Assembly (NCBI RefSeq): GCF_009914755.1
Contig: NC_060938.1
DNA: 64,000 nucleotides
Strand: one strand, 5' to 3'
From: the human T2T-CHM13v2.0 reference genome, Homo sapiens
A program made the position numbers and the translations under genes. A model generated the notes under the pieces. That model was not told the DNA's origin. It made no database searches and was given only the letters and a program-made list of their open reading frames with translations. Shown here one piece after another: positions 14,689 through 30,770 of the stretch (the first letter of the stretch is position 1; every line of letters begins with the position of its first letter).

Positions 14689-15261
14689 TTTTTTTCCAAT
14701 CCAAAGAATTTATTCATACTCCACTAGTTTTATAGGCACTCACTGTGTGTATATAAAGTTCCAAGCAATTTTATCACATGTGCAGATTTGTGTAAATACT
14801 ACTGCAATCAAGGTACAGATAGTTCCATCATAATGAAGCTCTCTCTACCCCTTTATTGAAACATCTACCTTTCTCATTCCTATTCCTCAACCTTTAGCCA
14901 TTCCTTTTTGGGAATGTGCCTATTTTTTGCTATTCAGAGCTCACACTCTTCCTATGCTGGCTAAAGTGAAATTTAGAGCTATGGGAGTGTGTAAAACCAT
15001 ATTCCTAATGGCCATTAGATGAGCAGCTTTTACTGCTATTTAAGGTAAGGTAAAAACTCTAGTTTTTACAAGATGGATCTTTGTTTATGTAGCACAATAA
15101 AGTGGTGGTGATTCCTAAATGTAGGCCATGCATTTCCCTATTTTGCCACTAATAGGGAAAGAGGTAATTTCAGTTTTGAAAGGTCTGGCCAATGCTTTAG
15201 CTGTAATTTCTAGAAAGGTTTTACCTTCAACTTTTCTACACTCATCCAAAACTTTCCAGAT
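14689..15261 (-). other. Candidate poly(A)-tailed retroposed insert (retrocopy or orphan transduction)
   Basis: T7 at 14689-14695; TTTATT at 14709-14714 (AATAAA on -); host L1 resumes at about 15262. Confidence 0.55.
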
Positions 15262-16132
15262 ACTTTAGTGTATTGACCTTTTGTATTGTGACTCTGCTAT
15301 ACACACTTATTTTTTAGATTATTTCCAAAAGGTTTTTTTCTGTTGATCCTTAAGGGTTTGCTACATAGGCAACCATGCCATCTGAAAATAAGTATATTTC
15401 ATTTATTCCTTTTGACCTTATATCGTCTTCTTGTCTTATTGAACTAGGTAGGACTTCCAATAAGATGTTGAATAGAAGTGAGAAAAGGTGTCCTTGCCTT
15501 TTTATTGAACTTAGGAAGAAAGCATCTGATCTCTTGCATTAGATATAACTTAGCTCTGGATGTTTTGTAGCTGTTATCAATAAAGTTAACAATGTTTTTG
15601 TCATGAATAGATATTGGATTTTTCTAAATAATTTTTCTGTATTAACTCACATGATCATATGATTTTTCTCTCAGTGTATTTAAGTAGTGGATTACATTGA
15701 ATAATTTTTTTAAAAATGTTGAACCAGCCTTACATATGTAGAATAAGTTTTAGTTTTTTATGGTGTACATTTTTATGCAATTATATACTCAATTTGCTAA
15801 TATTTTGTTGAGGGTTTTTGTGTTTATGTTACTGAGAAAAATCAATCTGCAGTTTTGTTTTGCTTTTTTCTTGTAGTGTGTATCTGGTTTTGATCTTAGG
15901 TTAATGCTGGCCTCATAGAATGAGCTGAGAAGTGTTCACTCTGCTTCTATTTTCTGGAAGAGATTGCAAAGAAGTGGTAAAACTTCTGTAAAATTTCTTG
16001 CAGACTTCTTTAATGCAGAGTTGGAGCCTGGTGTTTTCATTTTTGCAAAATTATTAATTGATTCAATTTCTTTAAACTATAAATGACTATTCAGATTTTC
16101 TGTTTCTTTTTTTGTGAGTTTGATAGTTTGTG

Positions 16133-17716
<1,584 letters not shown>

Positions 17717-18169
17717 TCAATTTTGTGAGCATTGAGTATAGTGTTCTTTTGTTATCCTTTTAAGGTCTACATGATTAGTAGTGCTAACTTCTTTTTTATT
17801 TTATTTCTGATGTTGATTATCTTTCTCTCTGTCTGTCTCTCTTTCTTTCTTTTTGTCTTATTAGCTAGGCTATAATTTCATCAATCTTATTCATGTTTTC
17901 AAAAGACTACTTATCATTTCATTTGATTTCATTGGTTTTCTCTGTTATTTACTGGTTTTCAATTTCTTTGAGTTCTGTTTTAATTTTTTTCTTTTTCTAC
18001 TCCTTACTTCTTCTTGCTTTAGGCTTCAACTGCTTTTCTTTCTCTTGTTTCCTAAGGTGGAAACTTAGGTTGTTGATTTTAGAACTGTTTTTCAAATAAA
18101 ATAATTAAATGCTATAAATCCCCCTTCTAAACACTGCTTAGCTGCATCACACAAATTTTAATATATATA

Positions 18170-18338
<169 letters not shown>

Positions 18339-18384
18339 TAAGTTATGTACATGTAAGATTTCCTTCTTTGAAAGTTATTTTGTT

Positions 18385-18570
18385 AATATATATCTAATAT
18401 ATATAGTGTAATATATATTAGAGATGAGGTTTTGGGAATATATATTATATAATATATATCATATTTAATATATATAGTATTTTATATATCTATTATATAT
18501 CTATTTTATATATATGTGTATATATATATGTGTGTGTATGTGTATATATATATATACACATATATATAAA
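18385..18570. repeat. (TA)n/(TG)n-rich low-complexity tract
   Basis: Alternating TA and TG runs seen directly. Confidence 0.9.
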
Positions 18571-20084
18571 ATAACTTCTTTTGTGGTTGGCCTAAATTTA
18601 CAGAATAAATTTTAAACTTATGTAAGTCTACCTTCAAGTAACATTACAAAACTTCAATTGTAGTGCAACACAACTTATAACCGAGTATTCTTGCTTTCTC
18701 CTCTCATCCCTTGTATTACTTCTGGCATTCATTCCCCTTACCTGTATGCTATAATCACACAACATATTGTACTATTGCTGCATTAAACAATTATCTTTTA
18801 GATCAATAATATTAAAGATAATAATAAAAGACATTTTAACGTTAATTTATTCCTTATCTTATACTCTTTTTTTTACATAGGTCTAATTTTCTTATCTCTA
18901 TTATTTTCTTTCTTCCTAACCAACTTCTTTTAACATTTCTTGTCGAGAATCTGTTGGTCATGAATTTCCTCAATTGTTTTTTGTCTGAGAGAGTCTTTAC
19001 TTCTACATTTTTGAGGAATAATTTTACTGGATATAAAATTTTTAGTATTTTTTCTTCAACACCTCAAATGTTTTGCTCACCTCTCCCATTGCTTGCATGC
19101 TTTCTGGTGAGAATACTTCTGTAATTCTTATTCTTGTTCCGTAATAGATAAGGTATTATTTGCCTCGTGTTTTTTCTTATTATTTAAAGATATTCTCCTT
19201 GTATTTGATTTTCTGCAGTTTGAACATGGTATGCCTAGGTGTAGTATTTTGGTACATATTGTGATTATTGTTCTCTAAGTTTCCTAGATCTGTGGTTAAT
19301 TATATTTGACAGTAATCACTTCAAAATTTTATGATAGTTTTAAAATTTCTTTTCCTTATTGTATTTAAGTTATACATGTGCTATACCTTTGATGTTTTTC
19401 TATAGTTCTTTACTATTGTTGTTTTTCCTTCTTTTCTCTGCATTTTAATTTAGGAAGGTTATATTGACTTATTTTGAAGCACAGTGATTTTTCCTTAGCT
19501 GTATTGAGTCTACTGATGAGCTCATCAAAGGCTTTCATTATTGCTATTAATGTAGGTGTGCATACTTTAAATTTCCACTGTTTCTTTGTATTCTTTCTTA
19601 GAATTTCCACAGACTGGCCAAAGTTTACAGATTTCTGCCGCTGAACAAGCAGCAGGTCTGTGGATCACTTTTGCATAGCAGTGATCTAGGATAGGCAATG
19701 ATCAGTGTCAACAGGAAGAGATAAAACAAATTTGGAAAGTAAATAAAGATCAACAACCCCCAAAGAAAAAAGAACAGATACTGCACAAGGTTATACAGGG
19801 AATCAAAATGAGAAAAGTAAATAGAGATAAGAAGAAATTTACAGCTAGAAAACATATAGACAAGTATGCATGTGTCTTTAATTGAACATAATAATTCCTC
19901 CATGTAATATATTTATAGGTGCTAGAGTCATGTGTTCTGATGTTAAAGTATTCATGTTTTAATAATTAATAATTAATGCTTAAATAATTAATGATGTGGT
20001 CTCTCAACAAATACCACATGATGACTCTTTTGGGTCACAGTTCTATTTTTTTGTGAGGGGTGTGAGGATATCCATTTATTCATT

Positions 20085-22721
20085 TTTTACTGTGGTAAGA
20101 AGACTTAGCATAAGATCTACCCACTTAATTTTTCAGTGTACAATTCAGTATTTTTAAACTATAGGTGCAATGTTGTAAAGCAGATCTCTACAAATCAGTC
20201 ATCTTGCATAACTGAAATTTTATACATGTTGATAAGCAACTCCCCATTTTTCCCTTCCCCCACCTCCTGGCAAGTACCATTGTACTCTCTGCTTCTATGC
20301 ATTTATGTGTTTTAAACACCTCATATAAATGGAATCATGCAGGATATATGTAACTGGTGCATTTCATTTAGCATAATGTCCTCAAAGTTTCATGTTGTTG
20401 TAGATGGTAAGATTTCCTTCTTTTTAAGTTATTGTTTATATATACCAGATTTTCTTTATCCATTTATCTGTCATTGGACACTTAGGATGTTTCCACACTT
20501 GCCTATTTTGAAAAATGCTTCAATGAATATTGAAATGCAAATATCTCTTTGAAATCCTGATTTCAATTCTTTTGGATAAATGCACCAAGGTAGGATTGCT
20601 GGATCATATGGGATTTCTATTTTAAATTTTGAGGAATCTCCATACTGTTTTCCATAGCAACTACTTCATTTTACATTTCCACCAACAGGGTTTTGCTTTC
20701 TCCACATCCTCACCAGTACTTGTTATCTTTTGTTGTTTTGTTTTATTGATCATAGCCAACTTAACAGGTGTGGGATTATAGCTCAGTATGGTTTGATTTT
20801 TAGTTTTCTGATGATTAATGATGTTGGGCATCATATATATATGGTATATATATAGATATAGATATATAAATGGTATATATAATATATACCATTTTTATGT
20901 GTTCTTTCGAGAAATGTCTACTGAAATCCTTTGCCCATTTAAAAAATTAGGTTAGTTGATTTTTTGCTATTAAGTTGAAGAAATTCCTTATATATTTTGG
21001 ATATTAACTATCAGATACCTGGTTTGCACATGTTTTATTCTATGTTGTAGGTTGCCTTTTTGCTCTGTTCTTGTAGGTTTTAGTTGTTGTCATTGTTGTT
21101 TGCTGTGCAGACACATGTTAGTACCAGTTATCTATTTTTGCTTTTGTTGTCTATGCTTTTGGTGTCATATCCAATAAATTATTGCCAAGACCAATTCCCA
21201 AAAGGTTTTCCACCTATGTTTTATTCTAGGATTTTAACTGTTTCAGGTGTTACATTTAATTATTTAATCTATTTTTGGTTAATTTTTGTGTATAGTGTAA
21301 GGTAAGGGTCCAATCTCATTTTTTTTTTGCATGCAGGTATCTGGTTTTCCCAGAGCCATTTTTTAAAAGACTACCCTTTCTCTATTGTGTATTTTTGGTA
21401 CCCTTGCTGAAGAACAATTGCCTATATATGCATGGGTTAATTTCCTGGCTCTTAATTCTGTTCCACTGGTCTATGTGTCTGTATCTCTACAAGTAATATA
21501 CTGTTTTAATTACTGTAGTTTTATAATACATTTTAAAATCAGGACATGTGATGTCTCCAGCTTTGTTCTTTCTTAGGATTGTTTTGGCTATTTGGGCTCC
21601 TTTGTGGTTCAATATCAATTTTAGGGTTATTTCTTCTATTTCTGTAAAAAATACCATTGTGATTTTGACTAGAATTAAATTGGAATCTGTAGATCACTTT
21701 GAGTGGTATGGACATTTGCACAATATTGATTCTTTCTATCCAAGCACAGAATGCCTTTCTTCTTACTTGTGTGTGCTTTAACTTTTTTCATCTATTTTGT
21801 AGTTTTTATTGTACAAGGCTTTCACCTCCTTAGTTAAGTTTATATGAAAGTATTTTTTTTTCTGATGCTATTGTGAATGGAATTATTTTCTTAATTTTCT
21901 TTTTGAATAATGTGTTGTTAATGTGTAGAAATGCTACTGATTTTTGTATGTTAATTTGTGTCCTACAGATTTACATAATTTGTTTATTAGTTCCAACAGT
22001 TTTTTGGTTGAGTCTTTAGGATTTTCTATGTATGACATTATGTCATCTGCAAAGAGATAATTTTACTTCTTCCTTTCTGATTTAGACCTCTTATTTTTCA
22101 TTTCCTTCCCTAATTACTATGGCTGCTACTTCCAGTACAATATTACGTAGAAGTGGCCTGAGTGAGTACCCTTGCCTTGTTCTAAATCGTAGAAGAAAAG
22201 CTTGCACTTTGTAGTCATTCCACATGACAATAGCTGTGGGCCTTTCTTATATGGCCTTCATTATGGTGAGGTAAACTCTATAGCCAATTTGTTGAGAGTT
22301 TTTATCATGAAAGGGGATTGACTTTCGTCAAATACTATTTTTGCGTCTATTGAAATGATTGTGTGATTTTTATCCATTATCGTCTCAATGTGGTGTATAA
22401 TATTGATTTATGCATGTAGAACCATCTTTGCATCCTAAGGATAAATCTCACTTGGTCATAGTGTATGATCCTTATAATGTGTTCTTGAATTTGGTTTGCT
22501 AGTATTTTGTTGAACGTTTTTGCATTTATGTTCATCAGGGTTATTGGCCTGTAATTCTCTTCTTATTATAGGGTCTTTACCTCTCTTTGGAATCAGGGTA
22601 ATGCTAGCCTCACATCAGGAGTTTGGAAATGTGTTCCCTCTTTTTCATTTTCCTTGGAAGGGATTGAGAAGAATTGACACTACTTCTTTAAATGTTTAAT
22701 AGAACTCGCCTGTGAGGCCAT
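20085..22721 (-). mobile_element. 5'-truncated L1MB1/L1MB2-like LINE-1
   Basis: 3' end tgtggtaagaagacttagcataagatctacc...; continuous antisense ORF2-like sequence. Confidence 0.88.
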
Positions 22722-24033
22722 AAGCCTTCTTGGGTCCTGTCTCCTCTCATGTCCTTCATGTTCCTGACACAACCCTTTCCCAGAAACATTTACTGATCCT
22801 GATGATGTAATATTCTGTGATGTAAAGTTTTTGTGTAAATTTTATTGACATGGTGAAATGCTCACAATATAATTTATTTTTAAAAGTATACAAAACCATA
22901 TATCCAAAGTATTAACAAATGTAATAGGGGTTGGAATGTTATTATTTTAACTACTGACAGTGATATTCCTCTTGGGAAGAAACTATCCTTGCTTTAGAAA
23001 ATAACTTGAAATAAGCACTTTAGTTAGAAAGGAAGGCCTGTAGGTGGGAGAGTTGGTAGGAGCCTGAGCAACAGCAGGAAGTGGCTTAACTGCTCCACAT
23101 GAAGCCCAGAAGCAGGGAAACAGAGTCAGAATGTATTCCCAGGCTGAGGGCAGAAGGGCATATAGTGGCTGGTGGGAATCCACTGGCAGGAGGAATGGCC
23201 AAAGATCTATCCATTTTAAAGGCATGGTTCTCTAGAAAATAATATATAAACCATGCAACTAACTGGGTATAAAAGGGAGATGTTTTATAACCTTAATGCT
23301 CCCTGCTGTATGTGATAACCTTGTGCATCTAATTTAGAGACCAAAGACTGTGTCTCATGTGCAGAGGAATTAACTATACTCAATGTTCTAGACCTTCCCC
23401 TGAGGTATCTGAGCATCTTCAGTGTGTGTATCCTCAAAATTTTAAGTAAAATGCAAGGTATCTTATTTGTGTGAGTCTGTCTTTATCGTTCAATCTCATG
23501 TTTAACATAGTTACATTTTAGAAAGTAAAGATAAAAAGCAAATATTCTGGCAGATGAGCATAGGGTGATTATTTTTCTATTTAAAGTTTCTGAGAAGAGG
23601 AGTACGTAGGAACTAACAGGTGATACCTTCAATGTGCAGTAAAGAGTCCTGCCATTATATAGCTATGGAAATGATGCTAGTATACTTGAACTTTCAGTAC
23701 CTTAGAATGTATATCTGATGTCCAAATAAAATAAAATGTGCTATAAATATTAGACCAAGCTTATTAACAAGAGCTATGGAGTTTTCACCTTTTTTGTTTA
23801 ATTTGCTTGATTTTGTATTATAGTTTTTCATTCCCTTTGATAACTTTCATAATTGAATAAAAATCAATAAGCCAAATTAAAAAAAAATGGAAAATATTAT
23901 ATCCGTTGAAATTCTTTCAAACAATTACAAAAGCATGAATATGTTTATTCTTTTCTATTTCTAACTTTGCTAGAAATTATGTTTCTAAACGTCAGATATT
24001 GATTTGTTTAGTTTTTCCCACCCCAAAAATAGT

Positions 24034-24341
24034 GTGTTTGTTTGTTTTGATTTTAGAGACAAGGTCTCACCCTGTTCCCCAGACTGGGGTACAGTGGTAC
24101 AATCATGGCCCTCTGTAACCTCAAACTTCTGGGTTCAAGGGACCGTTTCACCTCAGCCTCTCCATTAGGTGGACTACAGCCATGTGCTGCCATAACTAGC
24201 TAATTTTTTTATTTTTATTTTTTCAGAGATGGGGTCTTGCTTTGTTGCACAGGCTGGTCTAAAACTGTTGGCTTCAAGTGATCTTTCTGCCTCACCCTCC
24301 CAAATTACTGGGTCTATGGGTGTGAGCCACTGTGCCCGGCC
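24034..24341 (-). mobile_element. AluJ (Jo-like)
   Basis: Diverged dimeric Alu; TSD cccaaaaatagt / cctaaaaatagt. Confidence 0.92.
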
Positions 24342-25034
24342 CCTAAAAATAGTTTTAATTTATCAACCCCTTATTTTAATACATTAATTATATTTTATCT
24401 TCTTAATACATTCATTATTATTTCCTCAAGTATGCTTTGCTGTTAATTTTCTGAATTCTTGACTGGCAAGTTCTGTTTCTTTTCTTTTGTGTTTTCTTAT
24501 TTACTTCTGAGTGAGGATTTTGGTGTAATGTTCTAAAAGTTTTGTGTGTAATGTTCTAAAAGTTATTTTCTCTTTAATTATAGTGTTGATTTTCTACCAT
24601 ATTCAAGAGTCTGAGTGTTTTATTAATTACCAAGTGGTTTTCTGTGTTGTACTTGCCTTATACTTTGTCATTATTTTTTTCTATTCTTTAAAATTTTGGT
24701 CATTATTTGTAACAAGACAATTTTGTGTCTTGTAATTACTTTGGTTTTTTTTTTTTGGTCCCCAAAATTACCAATAGATTTTGCTAATGATATCTGGAAA
24801 CATTAAAAGAAAGCACAGTCTCTGTTAATAGACAATAGATCTCCATATGTGAATCTGTGGACTACTGTTAAATGTGTTTCTGTTAGTTTCCTCTTGTATT
24901 TCAAACAGATGTCAAACTCATTATTTGCGTGCTACAACATGAGCACTATGGATTAAATCTTAGATCAAGAAAAAAGGCCCCAATTAAAAAGAAGGAGGAA
25001 CAGGAGGAGGCAGTGGCAGTTGTATGCAAAATGC

Positions 25035-26095
25035 AAATGGAACAATTTTAGAAGGAAATATAGAATTTTTAAAAATGAATTCAAGATGGGGAAGGATTTC
25101 TTAAATAAGCCATAAAAGTGACAACCTTTAAAGAGAACATGATGGATAAATTCTATTGCATTTTGTTAAAAATATTGCATATCAAAAGACACACCACAAA
25201 CTGAGTAGAAGAATACTTTTCATATGAACATGTAACCCTCAGAGAATTGTTATTTACAATATAGAGAAAACTACAAGTCAATTGAAAGTAAACAAGTCAA
25301 TAGAAAAATTGGCAAACACAATAATAAGCATTTTACAGAAATAGGAATGGTCAATAAATGAAAGAAATAGTTTTCAACTTAATTAGTAATCAGGCCAATG
25401 CTAATCAAAGTCACAGTGATATAACATTTTACATAAATCTAGGATGGCAAAAATTAAATAATGAGTGCTTCTGAACATGTGGATTAAAGAAAACTCATAT
25501 ACAAATGTTAGCATGTAATTGGTACAGCTACTTTGGAAAATGATTTGGAATTATCTTGTGAAGCTGAGCATGGTAATCTGTATGCTTCAGCAATTTAACT
25601 ATTAAGATTATAATACAGACATATTATTCCAGTCATACCAGGAGATACATGCAAAAATGTTTACAGTTAGTAGTAACTGCATTAGCAAAAGACATGAAAA
25701 AGACTCAAATTATTTCAATAGCAGAATGCACATAATGGAATATTGTTATACAAAGTAAAAATTCAATGAACAATTACTTGTAACAATTTGGATATACTTA
25801 AAAAATTATGTGGAGTGAATTTTTTTTCTGAAGATGTCACAACATTCATTTTTTATAAACATCATAAAATTTCTAAACAATTTTTTTTGTAATTAATGTA
25901 TACTCTTAAAAACCATGTAGGAAAATTGTTTTTAAAACTACAAAAATGGTTGTATTTGAGATGTATGCAAAGGTAGAGCCATTGTTGGTAATCTAATATT
26001 TTGGTTGGGATTTCAGGTTGTTTATTTATATTTGAAAAATGTCAATACATATTAGTTATATTTTTATATTTTGCAAGCATCATATTAAAAAATTA
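25035..26095 (+). mobile_element. Ancient L1ME-type 3' fragment
   Basis: Degenerate ORF2 C-terminal motifs (gaaaaattggcaaa, tagtaatcagg, ggtacagctactttggaaaa). Confidence 0.65.
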
Positions 26096-26795
26096 ATAAA
26101 TTTTTTAAAATTCCATAATTGGATCTAGGGCTATTCAATCTATTGTTTTATCAATAGACTTGTTAAAGGATTTACAGAATAAATAATGCTGTCTGAAAAA
26201 AGATTATCTTCCCTTTGTCTTGATTATTTCTGGAGAGAAACTGAATTTCATTTTTAAATTATTAGTGAAAATATGAAGAATTCAAATATGTAAATATGTC
26301 AATTTTAAATATTTGTGGATACGTTCATAGATTCATTTTATTTAACCACTTATATTTTGCCCTTTTCAGTGTGTAATTTCAATATTTCTAGAGAAACAGC
26401 GGTTTAAACTTCATTATAACTCTATTCATTTTAAAGAAATGGTAAAAAAAAAATCATCTCTGCTACTTTTCTAAGTAAATGATGCAATCTGTGATAACTA
26501 AGTTATAAATGTGTGACCCTAATACAGAAATGCAGACAGATGCATTATTTTGTGATAAAATGAGGTAACTGTTGCATTTTATTTGTTCCTTTTCTTTCAT
26601 GATTTTGGATGGTTTACATGCTCGGCCAGGTCTGTATTTTTGCCTGCCATCAAGTTGATATTTGCAGAATAGTGATGAGCAAGTAAAATGAAGGATTATC
26701 CATGTAAATGAAATATTTTGGTTTAATTATGGTTTAATATTTAAAAATATTTAAAAATTGTAGCCTATTAGTTTATTATGTAAAGATCATTATGA

Positions 26796-27083
<288 letters not shown>

Positions 27084-28038
27084 ATACAACATGATGTTTT
27101 GATATATGTATACATTGTGAAATGATTACCTTAATCAAGTAATGAACATATCAATTACTTCAAATAATTACCTTCTTTGTGTTGCAAACACTCAAGATCT
27201 ACCCTCTTAGCAAATGTCAAATATTCAATACATTATTATTAACAATAGTCACCAAGTTTTACATTAGGTCTCTAGAACTTTTTCATCCTGTAATGGATGT
27301 ACCCTGTAATGGATGTACAAACCCTGTAAAGTTTGTACCCTTTAATCAACATTTCCCCATTTCCTTACCCCTCATCCCCTGGTTAACCACCCCTCTACTC
27401 TCTGCTTCTATGAGTTTGACTTTTTCAGATTCCACATATAAGTAAGACCGTGCAGTTTCTGTCTTTCTGTGTCTGGCTTACTTCAGTTAGCCTAATGTCT
27501 CCCAGGTTCATCCATGATGTCACAAATGACAGGATTTTCTTCCTTTTCTAAAGCTGTATTGTACTTCATTGTTTATATGCACCACATATTCGTTATTCTT
27601 TCATCTGTTGATAGACACTAAGCTTGCTTCCATATGTGGGCTATTGTGAATAATGCTACAGTGAACAGGGGAGTGCAGATATCTCTTCAATGCACTGATT
27701 TTAAGTCCTTTGAATATATACTTAGAAGTAGGATTGCTGAATCATATAGTAGCTCCAGTTTTAATTTTTTCAGGAACCTCCATACTATTCTCCATAATGG
27801 TTGCACAATTTACATCCTCACCGACTGTGTACAAAGATTATTTCTTCTCCACATGCTTGTTAACATTGGTTATCTATTTTTTTTAAATAACAACCATGCT
27901 AAAAGGTGTAAGGTGATATATCATTGTGGTTTTGATTTGTGTTTTCATAATTACTGATTTTGACCACCTTTTTATATGCTATGCTTATTGACTATTGTGT
28001 GTATTTTTTTGACATATGAAGGAATTTTATTGTATCTT

Positions 28039-28107
28039 CCATCACCACCACCATCATCATCCTCCCCATTCCCCCCATCATCATCAACATCATCACCACC
28101 ATCATGA
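28039..28107. repeat. Imperfect (CAT/CAC)n trinucleotide repeat
   Basis: ccatcaccaccaccatcatcatc...catcaccaccatcatg seen directly. Confidence 0.9.
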
Positions 28108-28149
28108 TCTTGTAAGAAGGAGAGCATGTCACAAGTTACCAAGCTATAG

Positions 28150-28325
28150 ACCAACACTTAGAATATCTGGGGAGCTTATTTAAAATGTCACATCCTGGCC
28201 ATAGCCTCAGAGATCCTGATTCAGAAGGTCTCAGTAGCACCCATAAATACTCCGTTCTAACAAGAACCCAGGGTGATTTTTGTTGCAGGAAGTCTGTGCA
28301 TCACACATTGAGAAACATTGCCTTA
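28150..28325. mobile_element. MER5-family hAT MITE
   Basis: tagaatatctggggagcttatttaaaatg...cagagatcctgattcag...tgagaaacattg. Confidence 0.7.
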
Positions 28326-28832
28326 TAGTTGTAGAACAAACAAAAGGAGATTATACCACACACAGGGTTTATTGATGCTTGTGAAACCCGTAAGCCCATG
28401 ACAATATGTGTAAGCAGTCCAAGACCTTTCCATATGAGGTCACTGGCTACCCATCAGCATTCAGGGGGCAGGAGCAGCCTCCCTGAGTTTTCTGGTCATG
28501 TTTTATCTAGTTGAAGCCACCTGGGGTGAGCTGGGGTAAAGCATATCTATCTAATACACTCATGTAAACTTGGGTCTTGGGATTGAAACAGCAGCGTACA
28601 GACAAATGAAAGTATTTATACTATCACAGTAAAAAGCAATTAATCCTCGCTATTAGCCATAATTAAATTCCTCAAAATGAAGACTTTCAACTTGTGAGCT
28701 GGGGCAAATCTCCCTCTGTGGCTTCCTGGGGAGGGCAGGCATCTTCTCCTGCTCCCCTCTGCCCTGCTATCCTGGGCTGGTGCTACTCTATTCCTATTGA
28801 TTCCAAAGAGTTCCTCAACCTGAGATTGGTGA

Positions 28833-29164
<332 letters not shown>

Positions 29165-29503
29165 ATGTCTTCTTTAGATAAATGTCTATTCAGGCTAACT
29201 GTCCATATTCTTATTCTGGTCATCTGTGTTTTTACTACTAAGTTGTGGGAGTAGTAGTATCAAAATATCATATATTTTGATATTAACTCCTTATTGGCTA
29301 TATGGTTTGCAAATATTTCCTCCTATTCTATAGGTTGCCTTTAACCCATTACTTTAAATCTGCATGACTAAATGGGTAAGTTAACCACTTCTCAGAAATG
29401 AGTTTTATGAACTGTGTTATAGTTTAGCATGCTTAATAGGTGTTCACAATTTTACTTTTTGGATGATACTAAAATGGCATCAATTAATTAAAAGCTGACT
29501 CAT

Positions 29504-30062
<559 letters not shown>

Positions 30063-30219
30063 TTAAAACATGGCAGTTAAAAATGGAATTAATCAGTAAT
30101 ATTAGAAGCCCTTATGTCATATCTTCAAGAGGGTATGAAAATTAATCTTTGTTCAATTAATAAAAGAACAGTTTTCACGAACCTAATCACAAGATAAATC
30201 GAATCAATTTTTAACTTAC

Positions 30220-30402
30220 ATTTTGCTTTTGTAATTGTAGGATCGAGGAAATGGCCGGCTTGTAAATATCTTTCAAAACTGGAATGTCAATTGCTAAACA
30301 TCTCTGAAACACCATTCAGGTTAAACCCTTGAGAATCCAATTGATGAGTGAACGTCTAAGATTGACCGACCTACATCTATTTTTACACCTTGGGCAAACA
30401 TG
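30220..30402 (-). pseudogene. Candidate 183-nt exon (disabled coding or lncRNA exon), product unknown
   Basis: Acceptor cttttctttttttAG and donor aat|GTAAGT on -; 61 codons with a single TGA (30316-30318) in phase 0. Confidence 0.4.
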
Positions 30403-30651
30403 CTAAAAAAAGAAAAGTTTTTATTTCTAAACATTTAGCAGCCAAAATTCCAAAAAAAGGGCATAGGAAAATACTAGCCAGCCTTTCCCCCAGTGACTTC
30501 CAGTACCTAAGCTACGGGCTATAAATCTGTTAACTATCCAAGACCGATTGTGAGACACTGGGAAACTGTTATCATGTAGGTTGTTGTTCTGGAGTCCCAG
30601 ACATCAGCTCTCTGAGCTGGATGTATGATGTGTATATGCCAGGGAGGCCCT

Positions 30652-30770
30652 AGAGCTGTGCTGTCCAACATGGCAGTTGCTGCCCACGTGTGACTACTGA
30701 GCCCTGGAATGTGGCTAGTGTGAACTGAGAAGTTCTGTAAATAGAAAGTAAAAGACTCACTATGAAAATA
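30652..30770 (+). mobile_element. MER33/MER3-like hAT fragment
   Basis: ctgtgctgtccaacatggcag...cacgtgtgactactgagc...aatgtggctagtg. Confidence 0.65.

Noticed and set aside
24523-24564. Short tandem duplications (also at about 12579, 27287, 31388 and 57169)
   Set aside because: Ordinary slippage duplications with no shared unit or pattern.
27972-28157. Asp/Gly-rich ORF
   Set aside because: Translation of the CAT/CAC microsatellite.
30316-30318. TGA as selenocysteine
   Set aside because: No SECIS recognised and no resemblance to known selenoproteins; nonsense mutation or non-coding status is simpler.
30241-30330. Plus-strand exon after ttttgtaattgtAG
   Set aside because: All three frames stop within 30 codons and the donor is weak; the minus-strand exon has better signals at both ends.
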